IMG/VR virus record: IMGVR_UViG_2563366990_000004
DNA: 46,456 nt
Strand: one strand, 5' to 3'
Source: a virus
Lineage: Duplodnaviria > Heunggongvirae > Uroviricota > Caudoviricetes
Position 1 is the first letter of the stretch, and each line of letters opens with the position of its first letter. Of this stretch, positions 17,178-25,986 are shown piece after piece. The position numbers and the translations under genes were made by a program. The notes under the pieces were generated by a model. The model did no database searches, had not been told where the DNA came from, and saw only the letters and a list, made by a program, of their open reading frames with translations.

Positions 17178-17995
17178 AACTGGAAGATTTACCGAAATAC
17201 TACTCCCCAAAATCCCCCGGCCTGACTGATGCATCGGCCTCAACGTCGAAAGATGCGCTGAGTATCACTGATGTGATGGCCGCGCAGGGCATGACACAGA
17301 ATCGGGCTGAGATGGGGTTTTCTGCGTTCCTTGGGAAAATGGGCATTAGTATGAATGACAGAGAGCGGGCAACAGAATTGCTGACAGAATATGCACTCAG
17401 TCGGTGTGATCGCGTGGCGGCGTTAAGAAAACTCCCGGCAGAAATAAAACCGGCAGTGATGCGTATTATGGCTTCGTATGCGTTTGAAGATTATGCCCGT
17501 AGCGCGGCGAGCAAAAAACAGTGCCCCTGCTGTCACGGAAAAAAATTTATTGAAAGCGAGGTTTTTACAAACAAGATCCAGTATCCGGATGGTAAGCCGC
17601 CAGTGTGGGCAAAGTGCACAAAAGGCGTGTATCCGTCTTACTGGGAGGAATGGAAAAAAGTCAGGGAGGTGGTAAAAGTTGCCTGTCCGGAGTGTGGAGG
17701 GAAGGGAGAGGTATCCACTGCCTGTAAAGATTGTCGTGGGCGCGGTGTTGCCATTCATCGTGAAGAGTCGGAAAAACAGGGTGTGCCGGTTTTCAGAAAC
17801 TGTCAGCGTTGTGGTGGGCGTGGCTATGAAAGATTACCTTCAACGGAGGCATTTAATGCCATATGTAATGTAACCGATGCCATATCTCTCGATACATGGA
17901 AAAAAACAGTTAAACGTTTTTACGATACGCTGGTGGTGCAGTTTGATATTGAAGAAGCATGGGCAGAACAACAACTGAAAAAGGTGACCAGATAG
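17174..17995 (+). CDS. Q: Late-gene antitermination protein Q (QuuQ-like) with zinc-finger repeats
   Basis: 273 aa; N-terminus MKLEDLPKYYSPKSP…LSITDVMAAQGM and repeated CxxCxGxG motifs; immediately followed by a lambda-like pR'/qut. Confidence 0.7.
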   Translation: MKLEDLPKYYSPKSPGLTDASASTSKDALSITDVMAAQGMTQNRAEMGFSAFLGKMGISMNDRERATELLTEYALSRCDRVAALRKLPAEIKPAVMRIMASYAFEDYARSAASKKQCPCCHGKKFIESEVFTNKIQYPDGKPPVWAKCTKGVYPSYWEEWKKVREVVKVACPECGGKGEVSTACKDCRGRGVAIHREESEKQGVPVFRNCQRCGGRGYERLPSTEAFNAICNVTDAISLDTWKKTVKRFYDTLVVQFDIEEAWAEQQLKKVTR

Positions 17996-18000
17996 CTTTG

Positions 18001-18050
18001 TTGATTTTTCCCGAATCTGTGGTAAATTTGCCCTAACGATGGGTGTTTTA
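18001..18050 (+). promoter_or_regulatory. Late promoter pR' with qut-like element
   Basis: -35 TTGATT (18001-18006), 16-nt spacer, -10 TAAATT (18023-18028), then TGCCCTAACGATGGGTGTTTT, closely matching lambda pR' (TAAATTTGACTCAACGATGGGTTAATT). Confidence 0.65.
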
Positions 18051-18077
18051 TGCCTGACGTTAGAAGATTTTTTACAC

Positions 18078-18100
18078 CCCGCCGCCTGGCGGGTTTTTTT
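18078..18100 (+). terminator. tR'-like intrinsic terminator
   Basis: CCCGCC-GCCT-GGCGGG hairpin followed by TTTTTTT, ~50 nt downstream of the pR' -10. Confidence 0.65.
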
Positions 18101-18222
18101 ATGACTGAAATCACGCCAGTACAGTAAACGCGCTGGTGGCGGTGAATACCGGTCTTTCAGCTTGCTGGCTTTTTCGACAAGAGTTATTGGTGTGTCACGT
18201 TAACCGGAAAAGGGAAAAAGAC

Positions 18223-18420
18223 ATGCTGAAACAGCAGGATATGACCGAAACCGCCAGAGTGGTGTTTAATGAATTAAGCGTCACCGAACCGGCGACTGTC
18301 GGGGAGATTGCACAGAATACTTACCTTTCACGTGAACGCTGCCAGTTAATACTGACCCAGCTGGTTATGGCGGGGCTGGCAGACTATCAGTTCGGTTGTT
18401 ACAGACGCCTTCAGTCCTGA
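18223..18420 (+). CDS. Small winged-helix-like protein (65 aa)
   Basis: ATG 18223 after an A-rich RBS region; product MLKQQDMTETARVVFNELSVTEPATVGEIAQNTYLSRERCQLILTQLVMAGLADY…; hairpin plus T-run at 18407-18430 overlaps its stop. Confidence 0.45.
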   Translation: MLKQQDMTETARVVFNELSVTEPATVGEIAQNTYLSRERCQLILTQLVMAGLADYQFGCYRRLQS

Positions 18421-18430
18421 AGGCTTTTTT
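18407..18430 (+). terminator. Intrinsic terminator-like hairpin
   Basis: GCCTTC-AGTCCT-GAAGGC followed by TTTTTT. Confidence 0.45.
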
Positions 18431-18570
18431 ATTTGTGGTAAATGGGCGGCTGGTGGGTGTTAGGGGCACTCACCAGCCATCTGCTCATGCGTCCGGATCA
18501 CAAGCAAACCTCAGGCCCACTGCTTTGCGCAAAAGCAGAATGAGCCTATCAGAGACAGGCTTAATGATCC

Positions 18571-19623
18571 ATGCTTAGTACTGTAAAAATATCCAGTTGT
18601 GAGTTAATCAACGCCGACTGCCTGGAATTTATCCGGTCGTTACCCGAAAATTCTGTTGACCTGATAGTCACGGACCCGCCGTACTTTAAAGTGAAGCCTG
18701 AGGGCTGGGATAACCAGTGGAAGGGCGACGATGATTACCTGAAGTGGCTGGACCAGTGTCTTGCGCAGTTCTGGCGGGTGCTGAAACCTGCCGGAAGTCT
18801 TTACCTGTTCTGTGGCCATCGCCTGGCATCTGACATTGAAATCATGATGCGTGAACGCTTCAGTGTGCTGAACCATATTATCTGGGCGAAGCCGTCCGGA
18901 CGCTGGAACGGGTGCAACAAGGAAAGCCTGAGGGCGTATTTCCCCGCCACAGAGCGCATTCTGTTCGCGGAACATTATCAGGGGCCGTATCGTCCGAAAG
19001 ATGCCGGGTATGAGGCGAAGGGCAGGGCACTGAAACAGCATGTGATGGCCCCGCTGATTGCTTACTTTCGTGATGCACGTGCTGCCCTGGGGATAACGGC
19101 AAAACAGATTGCTGATGCCACAGGAAAGAAAAACATGGTGTCGCACTGGTTCAGTGCCAGTCAGTGGCAGCTACCGGACGAAAGCGATTATCTGAAATTA
19201 CAGGCGCTGTTTGCCCGGGTGGCAGAAGAGAAGCATCAGCGCGGAGAACTGGAAAAGCCACATCACCAACTGGTCAGCACATACAGTGAACTGAACCGAC
19301 AGTATACGGAACTGCAGAGTGAATATAAGCATCTGCGGCGGTATTTCGGTGTGACGGCGCAGGTGCCGTACACCGATGTGTGGACGCATAAACCGGTGCA
19401 GTACTATCCCGGGAAACATCCGTGCGAAAAACCGGCAGAAATGCTGCAGCAGATAATCAGCGCGAGCAGTCGTCCGGGTGACTTGGTTGCAGATTTCTTC
19501 ATGGGGTCGGGCTCAACCGTCAAAGCAGCGCTGGCACTGGGGCGTCGTGCAACTGGTGTTGAGCTGGAGAGTGAACGTTTTTTACAGACAGTGAAGGAGA
19601 TCCGGGACGATTTTTGCAGGTGA
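18571..19623 (+). CDS. Orphan DNA methyltransferase (beta-class amino-MTase: N-terminal DPPY motif, C-terminal FxGxG SAM motif)
   Basis: 350 aa; DLIVTDPPYF near the N-terminus and DLVADFFMGSGSTVKAA near the C-terminus; no restriction endonuclease gene adjacent. Confidence 0.85.
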   Translation: MLSTVKISSCELINADCLEFIRSLPENSVDLIVTDPPYFKVKPEGWDNQWKGDDDYLKWLDQCLAQFWRVLKPAGSLYLFCGHRLASDIEIMMRERFSVLNHIIWAKPSGRWNGCNKESLRAYFPATERILFAEHYQGPYRPKDAGYEAKGRALKQHVMAPLIAYFRDARAALGITAKQIADATGKKNMVSHWFSASQWQLPDESDYLKLQALFARVAEEKHQRGELEKPHHQLVSTYSELNRQYTELQSEYKHLRRYFGVTAQVPYTDVWTHKPVQYYPGKHPCEKPAEMLQQIISASSRPGDLVADFFMGSGSTVKAALALGRRATGVELESERFLQTVKEIRDDFCR

Positions 19624-19711
19624 CAGAGGTTGAGGAAAGGTTGAAGGGAGGATCATTTGTTATTGTTGTATATAATTATTCTACCCCTTTCCTGAGTCAG
19701 GTAAATATATA

Positions 19712-20434
19712 ATGGCAGTTGTCTGTTCTGTAATTCTGGTTTGTTCCCCGATCAATATTTTTATTGAGAAAGACAAACTTTCACTTGTGCCGGGCATGGT
19801 CATTCTGGTCACCAGAAACATCAGGGAGCTTTTTCGCACTTACACAGACCGGGTTAAGGTTGCTGATATAAATCACGATATAGTCAGTCAATATCTGGAA
19901 GGTGGGCGAAGGCGGATGAGCTCCCCACAGGCATGTTTTCCGCATTATCTCACTTCTGGCATTCATCAGCCTGTACTGGCAGAGGCGTTAATTACTAATC
20001 ATGGATTTCCCAGTGCTCCTTCTGGTGATTTGTCCACGATGACAGGGCTTTCATGTCTTTCTCTGTTTGCCAACGATGAGAGCCTGTCATCATTTTTGTC
20101 AAGGTGTTTAAGCAATACAAGCGATAAAGTCAGGGCAATAATTCAGAGCGATATATCCGTAAACTGGAAGCTTGGTGTTATTGCGTTACAACTGCATATG
20201 AGCGAAAGCTTGTTAAAGAAAAAGCTTAAAGATGAAGGAAACAGCTTCAGCCGCCTGTTGCTGGAAGAGAGGATGCGGGGGGCAGTAAATATGTTATGCT
20301 TTCAATATGGACGGGGAGCGATAGTGGCAGAAAAATGCGGTTATTCAAGCCTGTCTTACTTTATATCAGTATTCCACAGGTATTATGGAGTACCTCCTGA
20401 CAAATATGTGTCTCTGCATATGGTTGACTTTTAA
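19712..20434 (+). CDS. AraC/XylS-family transcriptional regulator (cargo gene)
   Basis: 240 aa; C-terminal double-HTH region (…FSRLLLEERMRGAVNML…IVAEKCGYSSLSYFISVFHRYYGVPP); visibly AT-rich relative to flanking phage genes. Confidence 0.75.
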   Translation: MAVVCSVILVCSPINIFIEKDKLSLVPGMVILVTRNIRELFRTYTDRVKVADINHDIVSQYLEGGRRRMSSPQACFPHYLTSGIHQPVLAEALITNHGFPSAPSGDLSTMTGLSCLSLFANDESLSSFLSRCLSNTSDKVRAIIQSDISVNWKLGVIALQLHMSESLLKKKLKDEGNSFSRLLLEERMRGAVNMLCFQYGRGAIVAEKCGYSSLSYFISVFHRYYGVPPDKYVSLHMVDF

Positions 20435-20556
20435 TTTCATCCTGCTGGCGGATGGAGTGCTGGTGGTCGGCATTGTGGTGGTGCTTTTTCCTTTGGTTAA
20501 AAAGGACATGCCAGGTAGTTAGCGGGTATCAGTCATGCCCAGAAAATTTTAAATGT

Positions 20557-20795
20557 CTCACAATTCAGACGGTTGACAGTTGTCTGTTTTGCGGGGAGTT
20601 TGTTAAAAGAAACTGGCATGGTGAATCCCCCTGAGCGGAGGGGCGACTGGTGCATCAGGTGTTATCTTTGATACCCAGGAAAGTGAACGCGCGGGTTCGG
20701 TGGCACCGGGCTGAACTCACCGGGAGGCACCCGGCACTATGCGCATGATGTACAGATACGCGGCTTCAGCCCCTCTCCGGAGGGGCTTTTCTGTG
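20557..20795 (+). repeat. Repeat unit A (~240 bp) ending in an intrinsic terminator
   Basis: Starts CTCACAATTCAGACGGTTGACAGTTGTCTG; internal hairpin CCCCCTGAGCGGAGGGG; shared block GCGGGTTCGGTGGCACCGGGCTGAACTCACCGGGAGGCACCCGGCA; ends CAGCCCCTCTCCGGAGGGGCTTTTCT. Confidence 0.6.
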
Positions 20796-21042
20796 CCTTA
20801 TGCATCACAGTTTCTGGAACCCTGAGTACTACAGTATCAGTCAGGGTGCTATATTTGCAGATGTGATGAAAGCCTGCCGGCAGGCAGGGCGTATCGGAAA
20901 TGACCCAGTAAGAGAAAACGTTGACTCAGATACCGGTGCTGAGTTACCGGGAAACCGGCATCACATGACCGCTATCCTTCATGGCTCTCTCAGGAGAGCC
21001 TTTTTACTGGAGAAAACCGCTTCCCCGTAAAATGCCGTGTTG

Positions 21043-21282
21043 CTCACAATTCAGTCAGTTGAAGGTTGTCTGCCCGACTGAGAATTTGTTAAAAAATTTC
21101 TGCATGATGAATCCCCCTGTGCGGAGGGGCGGCTGGTGTACGGAATGGTCTCTGATGATCGTTAGCGAGAATGACGCGGGTTCGGTGGCACCGGGCTGAA
21201 CTCACCGGGAGGCACCCGGCATCATGTAATGAACGGTACATAGCGCTACTCTTCAGCCCCTCTCCGGAGGGGCTTTCTTATG
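21043..21282 (+). repeat. Repeat unit B (~240 bp), diverged copy of unit A, ending in an intrinsic terminator
   Basis: CTCACAATTCAGTCAGTTGAAGGTTGTCTG…CCCCCTGTGCGGAGGGG…GCGGGTTCGGTGGCACCGGGCTGAACTCACCGGGAGGCACCCGGCA…CAGCCCCTCTCCGGAGGGGCTTTCTT; a further hairpin with minus-strand terminator polarity at 21290-21315. Confidence 0.6.
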
Positions 21283-21511
21283 GATAAAAAAAGCCCGCAT
21301 GGTGAGATGCGGGCAGCAAGGAATAAACAACAAAACGTGAAGTAATCAATTTTTCAGCTGGCGAATAATACCCGACAGTAATCACTCTGCGCAACTGCGC
21401 GGCCTTTTTCGTATTGCGGGCTGTAGTCTTCCTCCTGCCATTGTCCTGTAACTTCCGGACTTCAGCCCGCCCCTCATCTGACTCACAACATTATCCCGAC
21501 CGGGAGGATTC

Positions 21512-23479
21512 ATGGCATTTAAACACTATGACGTGGTCAGGGCGGCGTCGCCGTCAGACCTTGCGGAGCGACTGACTCAAAAACTGAAGGAGGGGTGGCA
21601 GCCATTTGGCAGTCCTGTCGCCATCACGCCTTATACCCTGATGCAGGCCATTGCGGCGGAAGGTGATGTCACCACACCTGTGGTGGTGAAGCCGTCGGAT
21701 GGAGAAGGCACAGTTATCAGCGCCACCAGCGACCCGGAGTATTACTTTGTTGTGGTTCTGGCAGGGCAGTCAAACGGCATGTCGTATGGTGAAGGCCTTC
21801 CGCTGCCGGAGACATATGACCGTCCGGACCCGCGTATTAAGCAGCTGGCGCGCCGAAGTACGGTGACACCGGGAGGTGCCGCCTGTAAGTATAACGACAT
21901 TATTCCGGCGGACCATTGTCTGCATGATGTGCAGGACATGAGCCGTCTTAACCATCCGAAAGCGGACCTGTCAAAGGGGCAGTACGGAACCGTGGGGCAG
22001 GGGCTGCATATCGCCAAAAAACTGCTGCCGTTTATACCGGCGAATGCGGGCATTCTGCTGGTTCCGTGCTGCCGTGGTGCTTCGGCATTCACAACGGGTG
22101 CAGACGGCACATACAGCGAATCAGCCGGTGCATCGGAAAATTCACTGCGCTGGGGTGTGGGTAAGCCGCTGTATCAGGATTTGGTGAGCCGGACTAAAGC
22201 CGCACTGGCGAAGAACCCGAAAAACCGTCTGCTTGCGGTGGTGTGGATGCAGGGAGAAGGTGATGTGGCAGTGGGGACGCATGCGCAGCATTCAGGGCTG
22301 TTTAGTGCGATGGTGAATCAGTTCAGAACGGACCTTGCCGGTCAGGCATCACAGAGCACAGGAGGCAGCGCATCAGCGGTACCGTGGGTTTGCGGGGACA
22401 CAACGTATTTCTGGAAGCAGCGTCATGCGGAAGGGTATGCATCAGTATACGGAGGGTATAAGGGTAAGGAGTCGCAGAACATTTTCTTTGTACCGTTAAT
22501 GACGGATGAGAATGGTGCGAATGTGCAGACCAATGACCCGGCAGAAGACCCGGACCTGGAAGCCGTCGGTTATTACGGTTCAAAGTGGCGTAATGACCAG
22601 AAGACCTGGACATCTGTGGACAGGGCCAGCCATTTCAGTTCATGGGCTCGCCGTGGGATTATTTCCGACCGTCTGGCAACGGCGATTCTGGTGCATGCCG
22701 GGAGAACCGCTGAATTCATTACCGGAAAACAGCCTGATACGGTGAAGCCCACCGGACCTTCCGGTGAAGGCCCGGAGAGAGAGCCGGAAGCCCCGGTCAG
22801 TAACCGAACCCTGATGAGTCTGCTGGCGTCCGGTGAAGACCTGGCATCACAGGGCTGGCGCTATTATCACAAACCGGCGAGCGGAGACAGTGTTGATAAA
22901 AACATCGCTGAGGCTGTGGTCAGTGATGAGGGTGCCACCGGTGGTAAGGCCCTGCAACTGAACAAACCGGAAAGCCACATCTGGTTTCTGGAGCATGATG
23001 CCGCCGGGCAGGGGGCAGAGTTGCTGAAGAAAGGCGGACGTGTGAGCGTGCGGTTTAAGGTGCCGGGCGCACTGGTGCCGAATCAGTTTGCCCTGGGTAT
23101 TTACTGGCAGTTGTCGTCCCTGCCGGAGGGAGTGACGCTGTCAGAGGAAGGCAACGACATGCTGATGTCCTTCTTCCTGCAGACGGATGCGACGAACCTG
23201 AACGCGATGTACCACAAGAAGCAGAATGCGAAGCTGGATACGTTCGGGGTCTTTGATAACGGATGGCACACACTGGCTTTTGAGTTTGCCGGAAACAACA
23301 GCATTCAGGTGACGCCGGTACTGGATGAGAAACGGGGTACACCGTTCACACTGGTGAAATCTCCGGCATCAGGGGCGGCGGACAAACTGCAACTGACAGG
23401 CATATCAAAGGCGGCGACATATACGCTGCTGATTGACAGTGTGAAGGTGGAAGTGAACAACGCGGATGCCGCGGCATGA
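21512..23479 (+). CDS. nanS-p: NanS-p-type sialate O-acetylesterase (N-terminal DUF1737, SASA/SGNH esterase core)
   Basis: 655 aa; N-terminus MAFKHYDVVRAASPSDLAERLTQKLKEGWQPFG (DUF1737-like) and esterase motif VVLAGQSNGMSYG; sits between Q and the lysis genes as nanS-p does in Stx and related lambdoid phages. Confidence 0.75.
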   Translation: MAFKHYDVVRAASPSDLAERLTQKLKEGWQPFGSPVAITPYTLMQAIAAEGDVTTPVVVKPSDGEGTVISATSDPEYYFVVVLAGQSNGMSYGEGLPLPETYDRPDPRIKQLARRSTVTPGGAACKYNDIIPADHCLHDVQDMSRLNHPKADLSKGQYGTVGQGLHIAKKLLPFIPANAGILLVPCCRGASAFTTGADGTYSESAGASENSLRWGVGKPLYQDLVSRTKAALAKNPKNRLLAVVWMQGEGDVAVGTHAQHSGLFSAMVNQFRTDLAGQASQSTGGSASAVPWVCGDTTYFWKQRHAEGYASVYGGYKGKESQNIFFVPLMTDENGANVQTNDPAEDPDLEAVGYYGSKWRNDQKTWTSVDRASHFSSWARRGIISDRLATAILVHAGRTAEFITGKQPDTVKPTGPSGEGPEREPEAPVSNRTLMSLLASGEDLASQGWRYYHKPASGDSVDKNIAEAVVSDEGATGGKALQLNKPESHIWFLEHDAAGQGAELLKKGGRVSVRFKVPGALVPNQFALGIYWQLSSLPEGVTLSEEGNDMLMSFFLQTDATNLNAMYHKKQNAKLDTFGVFDNGWHTLAFEFAGNNSIQVTPVLDEKRGTPFTLVKSPASGAADKLQLTGISKAATYTLLIDSVKVEVNNADAAA

Positions 23480-23629
23480 TAAAAAAGGCCGCCAGCAATG
23501 AAGGAAAGGGATGAACTTTGTCCACTACATGAATGCTGGCGGCTGGTAAAACGACCATGATGACACCGAAGTCTGCGGTGTTTTTCTACAAAAATAAGTA
23601 AATCATGTCAACTATCACGGTGAGAAACC

Positions 23630-23812
23630 ATGACATTTCTGAACCAGTTAATGCTGTACTTCTGTACGGCGGTCTGTGTGCTGTATCTTCTTTCGGGTGG
23701 GTACAGGGCTGTGCGCGATTTCTGGCGCAGGCAGATTGATAAAAGGGCCGCAGAGAAAATCAGCGCCAGTCAGTCAGCCGGAAGCAAACCCGAAGAGCCG
23801 CTCATTCCGTAG
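23630..23812 (+). CDS. Small putative membrane protein (60 aa)
   Basis: Hydrophobic N-terminal helix (LMLYFCTAVCVLYLLSGG) then charged tail; upstream of the holin. Confidence 0.4.
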   Translation: MTFLNQLMLYFCTAVCVLYLLSGGYRAVRDFWRRQIDKRAAEKISASQSAGSKPEEPLIP

Positions 23813-23849
23813 TCACTTTCTTAACAACACCTTTCAACGAGAAAATCCT

Positions 23850-24095
23850 ATGTCAGAAATAAAATCGCTGGTCACTGCTGAAGCAGTGAAGGAAGTCCTG
23901 CGCTCTGAAGAAGTCAGAAGCGCACTGAAACAGAAACTCCGCCAGAACCTTGAGTCGCGTCTTGATGCAGAAGTGGATGCCATTCTGGATGAACTGCTGG
24001 GCGCACCGGCAGTTCCTGAGCCGGAAGGCATTGCGGGTGACGGGAGTGCTTCAGATGGCGGTGAACCCACACCCGACAGCGACATGATGATGTAA
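23850..24095 (+). CDS. Hypothetical protein (81 aa)
   Basis: ATG 23850; product [42 protein letters not shown]… with acidic C-terminus; late-operon strand. Confidence 0.5.
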   Translation: MSEIKSLVTAEAVKEVLRSEEVRSALKQKLRQNLESRLDAEVDAILDELLGAPAVPEPEGIAGDGSASDGGEPTPDSDMMM

Positions 24096-24171
24096 GCATG
24101 CGCAAGGGACCATCGGTGTGTGTCGGTGGTCTTTATATTGTTGTGAGCTTCCGGATTGCGGGAGACGGGGT

Positions 24172-24387
24172 ATGTACCAGATGGAAAAAATCACAACAGG
24201 TGTGTCATACACCACGTCAGCGGTGGGAACGGGCTACTGGTTCCTGCAGTTGCTGGACAGGGTTTCCCCGTCTCAGTGGGCGGCAATAGGCGTGCTGGGG
24301 AGTCTGCTGTTTGGGCTGCTGACATACCTGACTAACCTGTATTTCAAGATTAAAGAAGACCGTCGTAAGGCGGCGCGGGGAGAGTAG
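24172..24387 (+). CDS. S: Class II holin, phage-21 S-type pinholin with dual start (Met1/Met4)
   Basis: 71 aa; [71 protein letters not shown] is close to S21 (…[52 protein letters not shown]). Confidence 0.85.
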   Translation: MYQMEKITTGVSYTTSAVGTGYWFLQLLDRVSPSQWAAIGVLGSLLFGLLTYLTNLYFKIKEDRRKAARGE

Positions 24388-24390
24388 ACG

Positions 24391-25548
24391 ATGAATAAAC
24401 AATACGAACTGGTTGTTAAAGGGATAAATAATTACCCGGATAAGATTACTGTTACTGTGGCACTGGAAATTGCCGGGCAGCCGTCGTTGTTGTCGCCATA
24501 TGTGGCGATTAGTCTTGACCGTACTGAAGGTGCCAAGCTGGAATTTTACGAAGCTGAGGCGAAAAAGAAGGCGAAGCAGTTTTTCATGGATATTGCTGCC
24601 GCTTTATGTGAAGGGGATGAACAGTCACGGGAAAAGCGCCTCTGTTCAGAAGAGCGGTATACCATACAAATTAACAATGCATATAACACGATACAGTCAG
24701 AAAAAGATGATATCGAATCACGCATTGAAAAACTGGAGAACAGCGTCGTTGAACTGAATAAAAAACTGTCGGTGCAGATCCCTTCCGAAGGTGAAAAAAA
24801 ACGCCGTGATGAGCAGTTCGCGGCGTTTTACGATTATTGCCGGAAAGTGATGAGCAGAAATCTCGCAGAGTGTTTCCGTATTCAAAAAAACAGAGAGCGC
24901 TCTGCAAATAGTGAGATTCTGGATAATTTTTTAAAGGGGACGCATCTCGCCAGTGATTGTTTCATTGCTCATTCTTTTGGTGGCTTTCATGAGGCCATCA
25001 AACATGATGTTGAGAGAAGTCCAGGTATCCTCTGTTCCATTCCCGTAAGCATCGAAATAGACACAAATACGATAACCGGTGAACTCGTTACCGCCGGAGT
25101 CGGTATATTCCGTCATGAGGGGAACGATGCCAAAGGTTCCTTTACAAAAATCGGGCCGTTCTTTCTGAAGGTAGATTTCAGTGACCAGGAATGGGAGTGT
25201 AACCGGCCATCCTTTGTTGTATCCGGTGATGACGGGAAAATAACTATCTCAGAAAATGGAAAAGTAACACCGCCATCGCACCAGCACTGTGAGACGCTCA
25301 TTGAATTTGCCATTGATTACCTGAAGAACAATAAAAAGCAGGGACTAATGAAGCGCATTGGTCGTTGCATGGGGTATCTGCAGGTAGCCGCTGAGATTGA
25401 AGCGCTGGTCAGTGGTGCTGATAAGGATGCAGTTGTGCGGGAGACCGTTCTTCGTGATTTCAATACTCCACCCTTTAAGACTGAGCCAGATGATTGGATC
25501 CAGCCGGGGCTGACTTATCTGAAAGGGCGGTTTGGGGCGGTTATCTGA
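24391..25548 (+). CDS. Unknown 385-aa protein inserted between holin and endolysin (no recognisable family; central coiled-coil; possible AHSFGG elbow-like motif)
   Basis: Long uninterrupted ORF starting 4 nt after the holin stop; AT-rich; no signal peptide or TM segment evident. Confidence 0.6.
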   Translation: MNKQYELVVKGINNYPDKITVTVALEIAGQPSLLSPYVAISLDRTEGAKLEFYEAEAKKKAKQFFMDIAAALCEGDEQSREKRLCSEERYTIQINNAYNTIQSEKDDIESRIEKLENSVVELNKKLSVQIPSEGEKKRRDEQFAAFYDYCRKVMSRNLAECFRIQKNRERSANSEILDNFLKGTHLASDCFIAHSFGGFHEAIKHDVERSPGILCSIPVSIEIDTNTITGELVTAGVGIFRHEGNDAKGSFTKIGPFFLKVDFSDQEWECNRPSFVVSGDDGKITISENGKVTPPSHQHCETLIEFAIDYLKNNKKQGLMKRIGRCMGYLQVAAEIEALVSGADKDAVVRETVLRDFNTPPFKTEPDDWIQPGLTYLKGRFGAVI

Positions 25549-25861
25549 ACTTAAGCGATAGTTTATTGAAGAGCCGTTTTTTTTGCAGACAGGCAAAGTT
25601 TTTATCCCATGAACAACCCGGGTGACTGAGTTCGTCATTAAACCATTTGTTAATGTTGTGCTTCAGATGCTGAAGCATCAATGGTGTTAATGTGGTGATA
25701 ATGATATCCAGTGTTTCTGTTGAAAGCATGCCGTAAGGCTCTGAGAGAATGGCCTGAGTGGTTTCGCTATTATCCGGGATAAGCGCTTTTAATTCTGATT
25801 TAACATTTTCGTTCATTATCTGCAAAAACTCTTTGCGTAAATTGTTGTCATTATTATTCAT
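25541..25861 (-). CDS. Unknown 106-aa protein, convergent with and overlapping the 3' end of the 385-aa gene
   Basis: ORF on the opposite strand within the same AT-rich insertion; starts MNNNDNNLRKEF…; 8-nt overlap of the 3' ends. Confidence 0.45.
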   Translation of the reverse strand: MNNNDNNLRKEFLQIMNENVKSELKALIPDNSETTQAILSEPYGMLSTETLDIIITTLTPLMLQHLKHNINKWFNDELSHPGCSWDKNFACLQKKRLFNKLSLKFR

Positions 25862-25986
25862 TTATAAAATCTCATTTGTTGTTACCGGGTGTGTCCTGGT
25901 GCCTGTTGATTATATTCATCGTGAGTACCGGATTATATATCTGACATATCCAGGAATAAGAGAGCTATAAATCCTGATAAATATCC

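Noticed and set aside
20452-21320. tRNA genes expected by analogy with Stx phages (ileZ-argN-argO between Q and the cargo locus)
   Set aside because: No segment folds into a cloverleaf: there is no GTTCGANTC T-loop with matching acceptor stems. The repeats end in terminator hairpins, not CCA-adjacent acceptor stems.
20452-21500. Shiga toxin genes stxA/stxB at the Q-nanS-p locus
   Set aside because: Only short, unconvincing ORFs (60-76 aa) occur here; none resembles Stx A or B subunits.
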